40,449 bases of DNA from an uncultured Prevotellaceae bacterium (GTDB lineage Bacteria; Bacteroidota; Bacteroidia; Bacteroidales; Bacteroidaceae). Within the stretch, counting starts at the first letter, position 1, and every line of letters begins with the position of its first letter. Of the stretch, positions 15,389 through 24,881 are shown piece after piece. The notes under the pieces were generated by a model that saw only the letters and a program-made list of their open reading frames with translations, made no database searches and was not told the DNA's origin. A program made the position numbers and the translations under genes. The stretch is taken from the NCBI GenBank assembly GCA_946187025.1, contig CAMHPM010000001.1, positions 1 through 40,449 of the forward strand, in the 5' to 3' direction.

Positions 15389-18300
15389 TTACTTAATCAA
15401 GACTTTATTTCCATTAAAGATATATACACCTGGAACGGTAGGCCTGTCGGTGCCGTAGCGGATGCCCTGCAGGGTGTACCACACACCGTAGGCCATAGTA
15501 TCACCGACACCGTCGATGCCCGAGGCCATGTTGATGTCGATGACAAATGGCTCCCATGGTGTGCCTATGCTGCCATCGCTGGCATAGGTCAACGTGGTGC
15601 ATACAGTCCTGACTGTGCCATTGATGCTGGCTTTTATCTCGATAGGCTGTCCGCTGCCCTCGCCGGCCACGAGCAAGTAGTAAAGTCCGTCGTCGGCAAA
15701 AGCAGTACCACGGCACTCACCGTCGATGAATGCAGCAACCTCAGCATCGGTGACAGGCTGGTCGCCATCAGTGAGCATGATGACGAGGGCCATATTGTCA
15801 GGATAGTCGGTTGGTGCAACAGGCGAGAATGCAGAAGCAGGAGCTGGATGACGTGCAGCAAGCATTCGACGTGAAGGAGCCGATACAGAGACTGCTGGAT
15901 AGACAAAATGTTTCTCCGTAGTGTCTGTACTGAAATAGAGGTATCCTCTGCCGGCCTCTAACGCATCGAGGTTACCCTCCCATCCGTATGGGCCGTAGTA
16001 TGCAAAGGCTGTCTGCGACTTCACCTGGTCGCCCACCTGCGGATTGGCACCAGCCAATGCCTGGCCGATAGGCATGGTGGTCATAGGTGTGTAGGCAATC
16101 CAGTTCCAGTTCTTGCCGATAGTGACAGGAGTCTCTTCTCGTTTCACTTGCTCGCCGTTGACGATAAGCGGCTGTGGCAACTCGCTGTTGCCATCAATGC
16201 GTGTGAGCTGAAGCTTGTACATCGTGTTGGCATGTACCTCCTTCAGGTTTCCTGCCCAGTAGTTGCCACGACTGTAAGCCACGCCAGAAGTCTTGTCCTT
16301 CAGCTGTGCGTTCCAAGACACCAGGTCTTTCAGCACGACAGATGTCTTGGCTTGCACTGGCTCCACGCCCAGTGATATCCAGTTCCACCCGACGCGTATG
16401 TCGAGCGGCTGCTCTACGAGATTGCTCTTCTTGAATATCACAGGATGGTCGAAGGTACCATAGCTCTTGGTCGGGTCGAAGGCCAGAGATATCAAAGCGG
16501 AGTCAGGTGTCGCAGAGAATGACGCAGGCTGATTGATGATGACGTTTGTGTAGGTCATGCCTGTCGCAGCATCCCATATACGGAAGGTGACTGGCTGCTG
16601 CTTGTCGAGATTTGTCAGCACGCCGTTCACCATCTGTTGGGCATTGCCATAGACACTCATGGCCACATAGGCCGCACCACGCATCTGGCTAGGTGAGGCG
16701 ATGCCACGGCACTCGTCGCCTATGAAGGCAGCCAGGATGCTCTCGCTGTTGCTCATGAGAATACCGTTGACGTAAATCTGTCCGACAATACTCATGTTGT
16801 TCTCATAGTCATTCGGGTTGACACTCCATGATGGCTTATCGCCCTTCACATTCATCACGATGCGCAGAGGTTCCAGAATCTCGTTGTTACCCTGCAGGCC
16901 GATGGTCACATCATAATTGCCCACTGCAACTAATGGATTGACCTTGAAGCGCAGCGTCTTTGTCTTCAACGGGTCGATATCATCGGTATAGTTGCTTCCG
17001 ACGAGAGTGAGCCACTGCGGCAGGTTATACAAGAAATAGTATTCAGTGTTGCCGCCACGGTTCTCGATGTTCACGTCGAAGGTGTAGTCGTCGCCGTATT
17101 TCTTGATGATGTTCACTGAGTCTTTCATCCACTTCAGAGTGTTCAGCTGCACGTAGGTAGTCCATCTGATTGGTGCCGACTCGTTACCGTGCATGTCGTG
17201 AATCTTGTCAACTGTGACATTGAGTGTGCATCCTTCTACATCGCGTGCCTTGATGTCGGCACCCTCCTCCAGACGTATGACGATTTTACGCTCCGAGGCT
17301 ACAGGCTTGGCAATGATGCGGCTCTCGACCGGGGCGTTCTTCAACGGCGGTGTCGAAGCAACAAGCATCGTCTGTCCCGACGGAGTAATCGTCAGAGACT
17401 TTCCGTTAACCTTCGAATTAGGAGCCATGTTCTCAAGCGTTTCGACCATGGTGCTGACACCATTTTCCTTGCCTGCCTTCTCAAAAGGATAATAAGCCAC
17501 CAGTCCACGTGAAAATACATCTGCGGTATCGATGCAGTTGTATTGGTTGGCCAACAGGCGGCTCTCGGAGAGTGATGCATGCCAGATGCGCACCTCGTCG
17601 ATATTCGAGAAGTCTAACATGCCCTTACCTAAAACAAGCCTTGAGCCCACCAACGGCGGCACGTCGCGCTCAGCGATGACTGCTGTGCGCTGTCCTTTGA
17701 AATAGAAGCTGGCAGCCTGTCCGCGCACCACGTTCAGAGCCACATGGCTCCATCCATATACGTCGGGGAACTCACTCTTGCTTACCACCACCTGCTCCTT
17801 GTCTCCGTAGCGCAATATCCAGTCATTCTGTTGGTTGATATAGAGCTGCAGGCGGTTGCTGTCGTTGCTGCCAGTCTCGAAGACGGTACGCTCCTTATTG
17901 GCGTTACCACCTGCCGGTAGTACCCACATCTCAATTGCATAGCTGTCGCCCTGACCGGTGTTGACGCGGCTGATGTCGGCCACCACGCCTTCTTCATCGT
18001 CAAGCCGTAGAGCATAGTTTTTGTTGTCCAACAGCCACGAGTTGTTGACCATGAAGTCGTGGGTATGACGCGTGTCAGCAGCCACATAGCCATGACCTTC
18101 CTTCATTGGCCAGTAGTTGACGAGGCCATAGTCGTAGTTGTCTTTCGCCTGGTTCTTAGTGGCGGCAGCCTCAATCACGTCGCGGTAGATGCTGAACAGG
18201 GCAAGGTCGTGCATGGCACCATACATATCGCCGAGGTAGAGGTGGTTGTCGTCGGAATATTGTACCTGCTGAATTGCAGTGTCGGGTACTATCTGGTCGG

Positions 18301-21300
18301 TGAATAAATGTAGTGTGGTATTGCCGTAATTAGCCAGGGCACTGAACTTCCGCCCGGCCGAATTATAACTCAGCACGAAGTATGTCCACTCGTCTTTTGG
18401 CACCACGTCACTGCTGGCTATATCCACATGTCCCATGCTTACCACGATATGTCCTTCTTTATCGACTCTCAGGGCAAACTGCTCTGGTCCAAGTCGCAAG
18501 ATGCTGCCCGCATCATTCCATCTCATCCAGAAATCCACTGAGAAGTCGCCGTTAAGGAAGACAGGGTTCTGCGTCATCTGCTCGTCACCATATGGAGTGA
18601 GCAGTTTTGACACGTCGTGAGCCACAGGCTGGTCGTTGAGTTTGGCGGTGATAATGATGTTATCGTCGCTAATATAACCCGGTACGATGTCCTCGTTGAA
18701 TTCCACCACCAAGTCATCACCATAGCGCAGGATGCCATTGGCCGGCAACGGAGTGGTGAGATTGCGTGGACGCACATTGTCCTTGACCACGGCCACCTCG
18801 CTGCTGTACGTGTTGATATCCTCGGTGCCATACTTAGTAGTTGTATAGGCACGGAAGGTGTAGTTACCCTGTGGATAGAAATTGTCGTCGCTCATGTTGA
18901 AGCGCAGGCGCAGGTCGCCAGTGGCCGGGAGCACATGGTCGTGCAGCTTAGTGGAGTCGGAGCGATTGACGAGGAATGTCAGTGTGTCGGGCCGTGTCCA
19001 GGTTGTAGAACCCTCGTAGCGGTATTCAACACCCACCTTCGTCATGCCCTTGAACTGGCGGTTGAAGTTAGTGACTTTCAGTTCCAGGTCACCCTCGTTG
19101 CGTCCCAGCGTCTCGAGGTTGAGCACCGGCTCGCTGATAGCCAGGTCGACAGGCGATGAAGCGGGTACGAAGTGAGCATTGAGCGTCACCTCGTCGTAGA
19201 TTTTGAGAGGCTGGTACTGCGAGCAGAAGCGTATCTTGATGCCTTCGTAGTGCAGAACACTCTGGTCGGTCTGGCGTATGGTCAGCACCTTCTTCGTTGT
19301 CTCTTTATGATTCAGAAGCACCGAGCGTCCGTTGACAGGCACACCATCCATCAGTATCTCCAATCCCTTATCATTGGTTTGCTCCACGATAATAAGGTTG
19401 TAGCTGAAGTTGACTCCCTGATTCACGTTGGCCATGTTAGTGCAGTAGAGTGTGACATTGGCCTCACCGCCTGCAGGGATGTCGGTCACGGTGACACTCT
19501 TCGACGAATTCTGGTCGCCCACGGCTATACCCAATTGGGGTTGTTCCATCTGTTGTGTGGAATTGCCGAGAGGTGTCCCTGGATTATAATACTGAGTGAC
19601 CTCTTGTGGCTGGTAGGGATTGTAGGTCTGTCCGCCGAAGACACTGAAGAAGTCACTGTACTTCGGGTTGTCCGACTTGTAGATATTGATTGAGAGGTCG
19701 GTGTCGCGGTTGCCGTCGTTGATAGAGTATTCCCACTCGGTGTAGTTCTCCGACTTGGTGCCGTTACCCTTGGTGAATCCGCCTCCGTCTTCAGTGCTGA
19801 TGTTGACAATATCTCCTACCGTGGCCAAGGCTCTGGAGCGAAATCCGAACTTATCACCGAGCACGAATCCCATCTTCCAGGTACGCGTCACCTGGTCGTT
19901 TTTCGAGTGGCTGGTCCTCTTCGAGTAGCTATAGCTTGTGCCGCCGTCGATGGAAATGTTCTCAGGCAAGGATGTGTTCATCAGCTCCAGCTTGTTCTTC
20001 TCGTTCTCCTCGATGGCTTTCTCCCATGCCACAATCTGATTGTTGCACCATGCCACACTGTCTATAGCGGCTCCTGCAGGCGGTGCTGTCGTTTCCCAAC
20101 TCTTAGGTTTCGCCCATAGGTAGTCAGTTCCCTCGGTATAGTCGTCGAGGTTGAGTCCTTTCCACGTCAGGTAAACAGATTCCTCACCGTTGTTGACGTA
20201 TGACTTTGCCGCTTCTTGGGAGGCCACTTCGGTGAGGAAATTGCGACGCATGTCCTTCCACTTTGGTATCATGACCGTCTGCAACTCATACTGGGTATAT
20301 TTGAAAGCGGTGGCGATGGAGTCGCCGACAGCGATGGCATCTTCCAGTTTCAGCTCATAATTGCCAGTCTGCAGGTTCTTGCTGATGAAAAGGTGACGGC
20401 AGCCGCCGATGAGGAAGTTGGTGGAGGTGCCAACATAGACGTCGCCATCGGCACCCACGTATGGATAGGTGCCACTGGTGGAGACATTCTCTGTGGTGGT
20501 CTCTACATCTATTTTGTCGTAGTTCCATACCTTCTCCCACGAGGTGTTGACACCGATGTCCAATTCGTTCTTTATTGCATGTCCCGTTATGACCATAAAG
20601 CCCAAGCCAGTACCTTGCACTACGTCCAAGCCCCAGACTACATTGTGGATTAAGCTGTAGTTGCCGTAGGCGCGTCGGGTGTCGTAAGTGGTGGTGGTAG
20701 TGATCTTGCCGGTCTTCAGCTTGGTGGTTGACTTGGCTCCATGCGGGTCGCGCAACACGAAGTTCACATGGTCCGGTCCTTTGGTGACGAAGTTGCTGCC
20801 ATAGCTCAGCTGGCCGAGTACCACTGCGTCCATGTTGACAGGAACGTATGTGCGGTCCTTGCGGTTCATGTTGATAGAGAAGTGTCGGGTGTATGGTTCT
20901 ACGATGTTAGGCAGTCCCACTCCCCATCGGTAGATGAGGTGGCCATCGGCACCGAGCTGCGTGTTGTTGGTCTTCAGCTCGTAAATCTCGCCGGCCTTGT
21001 AGGGCGATGACGGGTCGTCAACCTGGTAGATGACTGCCTGCTCGTCGCTCATCTCGTTGACGAGCGTTATCTCCTGTCCTGTCAGTGGCACGATGTCGGT
21101 CACGTCTTCCTCGCCGTCGTGGTTCACGTAGCGCTCGAACCCGAAGATGTCGTATTCCACTTTATTGCCCATGTCGTAGATAGGATAGCCCACCAGGTAT
21201 TTCACCGAGTCGTTGTTCTGAGTCCACAGGTCGCCAATGGTATATTCTGCTCCCTGCTCGTCGGTATAGACTATTTCCTGCAAACCGAAGATACCAGGGT

Positions 21301-24300
21301 CGTGACCTTTCTCCGTAATTGAGATTTCAGGCGGTGCATAGTATGTGAACACTTTCTTGGTGTTGTACTTGTAGGCAGCAGTCACGCTGTCGCCTTTGGT
21401 GTCGTCCCAGTGGGTCAGCGAGTCGGTGCGTGACATGCCCGGGCTGGTGAGGTCAATCTCTGGCTGTGCCCCGAAGTCGATGTCGGGATTGTTGTCCACA
21501 CCAACGCTCTTCACCATATATTTCAGCGGCGGCAGCAGTGCAGAGAACTCTCCCGAGAGCGAGTCGGTGCGTATGTAGATGTACTTCGCATCGTAGTCGA
21601 TGCCCGTCCATGCCGTGCTTTGTATGGTGGTGGTGTCGCTCTGCCAGGTGCGCCGGGTTGTGGCAGTGGTGATGTGGTCGTCGTCGCGGCAGTTGAGCGA
21701 GAACGACTCGTTGAGCAGCCCCAGGCGTATGGTGGCTATGCCTATGTTGTTTTTCGACTCGGCAAAGCCCACAGCCAGTGTGTCGTTGCGCTCGCCACCG
21801 CCCACCCGACCGACGAAGTTGACGAGTGTGGAGTCGGTGAAATCGTGTGTCATGGCGCGGTCGAAGTAGAACGTACCCTCGGCAGGGAAGCGTCCGCCAT
21901 CCACCATTTTGTGGCTCTCCAGTTTTGCTTCGACATAGTGCCGGCCTATAGGCACTGAGATGTTGTAGTAGCCATTGCTTGATGTCATTACCGACTTGCC
22001 GTCTTTTGATACCGGCATACCGTCAACATAGAGCATGATACCCTCTGCCGGTACGTTCGTTCCGGCATAATAGACATAGCCGCTCATGGGGAATGACGAC
22101 ACATCTTCGAAGTCGGCAGTGTGTACGAGTGAGTTCTTGCCCACGAAGACCAATGTCTTGGTTGAGTTGAACTCGTGAACGCCATAGAGGGGAACTACGC
22201 AGTAGGTTGTACCCTCGCCGGTGAACGGTATGCCCTGGATGATGTAGTTGCCGTCGGCATCGGTTTTGGCTTTCATCTTCAGCGCATCGGGCGTGAGGGT
22301 TGACGATTGTGCATTGCTTCCTATCAGTCCGTGGTGCTTGCGATAGCTGCTACCGTCGCGTGAGTAGTCGAAGAACTGTGTGCGCAGACCCTCGTCGAAG
22401 GTCCAGTAGGTCTCCAGTTGCTTCTCGTCGCCTACGAGCAGGTGGTCGTAGTTCTCGATGATGTCGGCCTCGGTGAGGCATTTCGTCCACAGGCGGAACT
22501 CATCGACAGAGCCTTTGAAGTGACCCAGTTTGAACTGTGACACATTGGCCTGCGGCCAGGTGCTGCCGGCCGCCCACGTCTGTGTAGAGACCTGTACGGT
22601 CGGAGAGCCATTGTCGCTGCCGGGGGTCAGCACATAGCAGGTCAGCGTCGTGCCCTTGCGGGTCAGTGCCACATGGTTGTAGGTCTCTTTACGAAGTGAG
22701 ATGCTGTCGAATGCATCAGTGCTTGTCCCGTTGCAGAAGGCCAGCTGGCCGCTGGATGTCATGCCGAGACCGATGCCGCCTCCGAAGTCGGCTATCAGCC
22801 TGTCGCTGAATGTCTCGGGATAGAGCCACATCTGAATGGAGAAGTCGCCACTCTTGAAGAGGTTGGCAGCATAGTCCTCTGAAGGATACTGCCATGTCAC
22901 GGCTCCGTTCATGTCGGAGAAGTAGATGGAGTGGAACTGCTCTGTCTTGCCCGTATCATTGCCAGTGATTGTCATCACTACATCGACACCCTGAACGGCC
23001 GTACCGGTGGAGCCATAGGCAATGCGGCCAGTCACGGTGCCGGTGCTCTTGGCGAATCCGATGTCGGTCACCTCGCCAGTGATGATGGTTCCGTCAGAGC
23101 ATTTGTCTTCGACGGTGATACGGTAGTCGTAGTAAACTCCTGGCAGAGCCGTCTCGTCGGTGTAGAACATATAGTCCTCGTTGCTCGACAGGCGTGTGAG
23201 TACTTCCCACGCTTCGTTCTCCTGCTCGGCACGGCGCCGCTCCACGATGTATGTCTTGGTGTATTGCGAGCCCTGCTGGTCAACATGCCACGACAGTTTC
23301 ACCGAACCCTCATAGATGCCCTTTGACGCATCAAGTCCGTAGAACTTGGTTGCCTCGCCGATGGCCTTCGGATTAACGGTGTATGTGTTGAGCACCGAGT
23401 TGCCGATAACACCTTCTATGCGGTATGTATGTGGGGTACATGCATTGAGTGGCTCCTCGGTGTAGGGCACTCCCGTCTCTGAGTCTACCTTATTCTGCCG
23501 GTTGATGTGCTGGTCGGTGGTGCGGTGTTCCCATCGCATGGTGTTCTGCATGTTGCCTGGTGTCAGCGTGTAGATTGGCGAGTCTTCATCATCGACATAG
23601 ATGCGGAACTTGTGGCCGAAGCCCTCGGGATAGGCATCGGAAGTCCAGGTGAAGACGATGCGGTCGTCAAGCTGCTCTGCCTTGAAGTCCCTTACAGGTA
23701 CTGAACGTGTTGTGTTTATTGTCACCGTGGCCTGCGTGTCGTCGCGCCGTGTTGTCATGTCCCAGAAGTTCGAGACATAGTACACGTCGTAAACCGTGTT
23801 TGACTCGTTGGTGAATCCGCTGTCGGAATAGGCATTGACCTTTGATGTCAGTTCGGCAATCTTTGTGCCATCGCGGTAGACCACCCATTTGAAATCAGAA
23901 TAGTTGCCTGGGATTGAAGGGGTGTTCCATGCCAGGTTCACTTTCTTGTCGCCTTGGTTGAACACGCCTTTCAGGTTATTGGCCTTGATAATAGGTGGGT
24001 TGATGGTCACGGTTTTGCTGATGACCTGACTGTTGTTGGCAAAGTCGATATCGTTGGCAGAGACACCTACAAGATACGCCTCCACGGTGTAGTTGCCCAC
24101 ATTTATGCCTACAGGTGTGGAGGCAGACCATGGCCCGCCGTTCACCCTGTATTTCAGTTTGCCGTAGTTGCTGTTCCACGGATTCTTGGTTATCAGGTCT
24201 TGCTTCTTGCCATTGAATGTGAGGTCATTGGCGAAGGTGGGTTCCTCCTTCCACTTCAGTGTCTGTGTGGTGAAGTGTTGTTGTATATAGATAAAGTCGC

Positions 24301-24862
24301 CGCCGGCTTCTTTGTTCACGTCGCAGATGCCGGTGTATTTGGAGTTGCGCCACGATACGGCAGCCGTATTCGGATCATTGTCTTCGGCTGCGTTGGTCAC
24401 CGACATGGCGGTCAGCACACGCTCGTCGGCACCGTATGAGGCAAGTTGGCCACGGTCGCGGGTGTAATATACAAAGATGTCGGCACCACCGGCACCACGG
24501 TTGAGGTCGCCGTTGAACCCATTATTACTTGATACCCTGTAGTAGGTGCGACCCTCGAAGGTGAAGGAGTTCACCGCCTTGTCCGATGTGCAGATGTCGG
24601 TGATGTAGCCTGTCTCGGGATTGGCAGTGCTGCTGGTCTTATAAATGATATAGATGTCCCAGCCGCCGGCACCCTTGTTAAGGTCGTTACCCAGTACTGT
24701 CCAACCCTTGTTGATATACTCGGTTCGCACAGTGCCTCCCTTGCCTTTTTCTGCACCGATAGTCATCACCTCGGTGATGTACTCCTGGGCATGCATGTTC
24801 GTCAATGCACCTACCAACATGAGCGCTGTGGCCATTATGCGGGTCATTAGCTTTGTTTTCAT
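15389..24862 (-). CDS. Giant (3157 aa) T9SS-secreted multidomain surface protein, a putative lectin or adhesin
   Basis: Uninterrupted 9474-nt ORF. Domain map by residue: signal peptide 1-25 (..TNMHA|QE); three-fold repeat 27-198 (DLNKGAGGWDIYIIY / DLNRGAGGADIFVYY / DVNKEAGGDFIYIQQ); Fn3-like modules about 291-600; LamG-type modules about 641-825 (VDEFRLWTKCLTEADI), 2095-2255 and 2285-2462 (IDEVRIWHASLSESRL); CarboxypepD_reg-like about 860-985 (DADGNYIIQGIP, SSNGYYNISVPIGRHYVEA). The C-terminal YGVWYTLQGIRYGTDRPTVPGVYIFNGNKVLIK fits a type-A T9SS sorting domain. Confidence 0.9.
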   Translation of the reverse strand: MKTKLMTRIMATALMLVGALTNMHAQEYITEVMTIGAEKGKGGTVRTEYINKGWTVLGNDLNKGAGGWDIYIIYKTSSTANPETGYITDICTSDKAVNSFTFEGRTYYRVSSNNGFNGDLNRGAGGADIFVYYTRDRGQLASYGADERVLTAMSVTNAAEDNDPNTAAVSWRNSKYTGICDVNKEAGGDFIYIQQHFTTQTLKWKEEPTFANDLTFNGKKQDLITKNPWNSNYGKLKYRVNGGPWSASTPVGINVGNYTVEAYLVGVSANDIDFANNSQVISKTVTINPPIIKANNLKGVFNQGDKKVNLAWNTPSIPGNYSDFKWVVYRDGTKIAELTSKVNAYSDSGFTNESNTVYDVYYVSNFWDMTTRRDDTQATVTINTTRSVPVRDFKAEQLDDRIVFTWTSDAYPEGFGHKFRIYVDDEDSPIYTLTPGNMQNTMRWEHRTTDQHINRQNKVDSETGVPYTEEPLNACTPHTYRIEGVIGNSVLNTYTVNPKAIGEATKFYGLDASKGIYEGSVKLSWHVDQQGSQYTKTYIVERRRAEQENEAWEVLTRLSSNEDYMFYTDETALPGVYYDYRITVEDKCSDGTIITGEVTDIGFAKSTGTVTGRIAYGSTGTAVQGVDVVMTITGNDTGKTEQFHSIYFSDMNGAVTWQYPSEDYAANLFKSGDFSIQMWLYPETFSDRLIADFGGGIGLGMTSSGQLAFCNGTSTDAFDSISLRKETYNHVALTRKGTTLTCYVLTPGSDNGSPTVQVSTQTWAAGSTWPQANVSQFKLGHFKGSVDEFRLWTKCLTEADIIENYDHLLVGDEKQLETYWTFDEGLRTQFFDYSRDGSSYRKHHGLIGSNAQSSTLTPDALKMKAKTDADGNYIIQGIPFTGEGTTYCVVPLYGVHEFNSTKTLVFVGKNSLVHTADFEDVSSFPMSGYVYYAGTNVPAEGIMLYVDGMPVSKDGKSVMTSSNGYYNISVPIGRHYVEAKLESHKMVDGGRFPAEGTFYFDRAMTHDFTDSTLVNFVGRVGGGERNDTLAVGFAESKNNIGIATIRLGLLNESFSLNCRDDDHITTATTRRTWQSDTTTIQSTAWTGIDYDAKYIYIRTDSLSGEFSALLPPLKYMVKSVGVDNNPDIDFGAQPEIDLTSPGMSRTDSLTHWDDTKGDSVTAAYKYNTKKVFTYYAPPEISITEKGHDPGIFGLQEIVYTDEQGAEYTIGDLWTQNNDSVKYLVGYPIYDMGNKVEYDIFGFERYVNHDGEEDVTDIVPLTGQEITLVNEMSDEQAVIYQVDDPSSPYKAGEIYELKTNNTQLGADGHLIYRWGVGLPNIVEPYTRHFSINMNRKDRTYVPVNMDAVVLGQLSYGSNFVTKGPDHVNFVLRDPHGAKSTTKLKTGKITTTTTYDTRRAYGNYSLIHNVVWGLDVVQGTGLGFMVITGHAIKNELDIGVNTSWEKVWNYDKIDVETTTENVSTSGTYPYVGADGDVYVGTSTNFLIGGCRHLFISKNLQTGNYELKLEDAIAVGDSIATAFKYTQYELQTVMIPKWKDMRRNFLTEVASQEAAKSYVNNGEESVYLTWKGLNLDDYTEGTDYLWAKPKSWETTAPPAGAAIDSVAWCNNQIVAWEKAIEENEKNKLELMNTSLPENISIDGGTSYSYSKRTSHSKNDQVTRTWKMGFVLGDKFGFRSRALATVGDIVNISTEDGGGFTKGNGTKSENYTEWEYSINDGNRDTDLSINIYKSDNPKYSDFFSVFGGQTYNPYQPQEVTQYYNPGTPLGNSTQQMEQPQLGIAVGDQNSSKSVTVTDIPAGGEANVTLYCTNMANVNQGVNFSYNLIIVEQTNDKGLEILMDGVPVNGRSVLLNHKETTKKVLTIRQTDQSVLHYEGIKIRFCSQYQPLKIYDEVTLNAHFVPASSPVDLAISEPVLNLETLGRNEGDLELKVTNFNRQFKGMTKVGVEYRYEGSTTWTRPDTLTFLVNRSDSTKLHDHVLPATGDLRLRFNMSDDNFYPQGNYTFRAYTTTKYGTEDINTYSSEVAVVKDNVRPRNLTTPLPANGILRYGDDLVVEFNEDIVPGYISDDNIIITAKLNDQPVAHDVSKLLTPYGDEQMTQNPVFLNGDFSVDFWMRWNDAGSILRLGPEQFALRVDKEGHIVVSMGHVDIASSDVVPKDEWTYFVLSYNSAGRKFSALANYGNTTLHLFTDQIVPDTAIQQVQYSDDNHLYLGDMYGAMHDLALFSIYRDVIEAAATKNQAKDNYDYGLVNYWPMKEGHGYVAADTRHTHDFMVNNSWLLDNKNYALRLDDEEGVVADISRVNTGQGDSYAIEMWVLPAGGNANKERTVFETGSNDSNRLQLYINQQNDWILRYGDKEQVVVSKSEFPDVYGWSHVALNVVRGQAASFYFKGQRTAVIAERDVPPLVGSRLVLGKGMLDFSNIDEVRIWHASLSESRLLANQYNCIDTADVFSRGLVAYYPFEKAGKENGVSTMVETLENMAPNSKVNGKSLTITPSGQTMLVASTPPLKNAPVESRIIAKPVASERKIVIRLEEGADIKARDVEGCTLNVTVDKIHDMHGNESAPIRWTTYVQLNTLKWMKDSVNIIKKYGDDYTFDVNIENRGGNTEYYFLYNLPQWLTLVGSNYTDDIDPLKTKTLRFKVNPLVAVGNYDVTIGLQGNNEILEPLRIVMNVKGDKPSWSVNPNDYENNMSIVGQIYVNGILMSNSESILAAFIGDECRGIASPSQMRGAAYVAMSVYGNAQQMVNGVLTNLDKQQPVTFRIWDAATGMTYTNVIINQPASFSATPDSALISLAFDPTKSYGTFDHPVIFKKSNLVEQPLDIRVGWNWISLGVEPVQAKTSVVLKDLVSWNAQLKDKTSGVAYSRGNYWAGNLKEVHANTMYKLQLTRIDGNSELPQPLIVNGEQVKREETPVTIGKNWNWIAYTPMTTMPIGQALAGANPQVGDQVKSQTAFAYYGPYGWEGNLDALEAGRGYLYFSTDTTEKHFVYPAVSVSAPSRRMLAARHPAPASAFSPVAPTDYPDNMALVIMLTDGDQPVTDAEVAAFIDGECRGTAFADDGLYYLLVAGEGSGQPIEIKASINGTVRTVCTTLTYASDGSIGTPWEPFVIDINMASGIDGVGDTMAYGVWYTLQGIRYGTDRPTVPGVYIFNGNKVLIK

Positions 24863-24881
24863 GATGTTTTGATTTTTTCGT

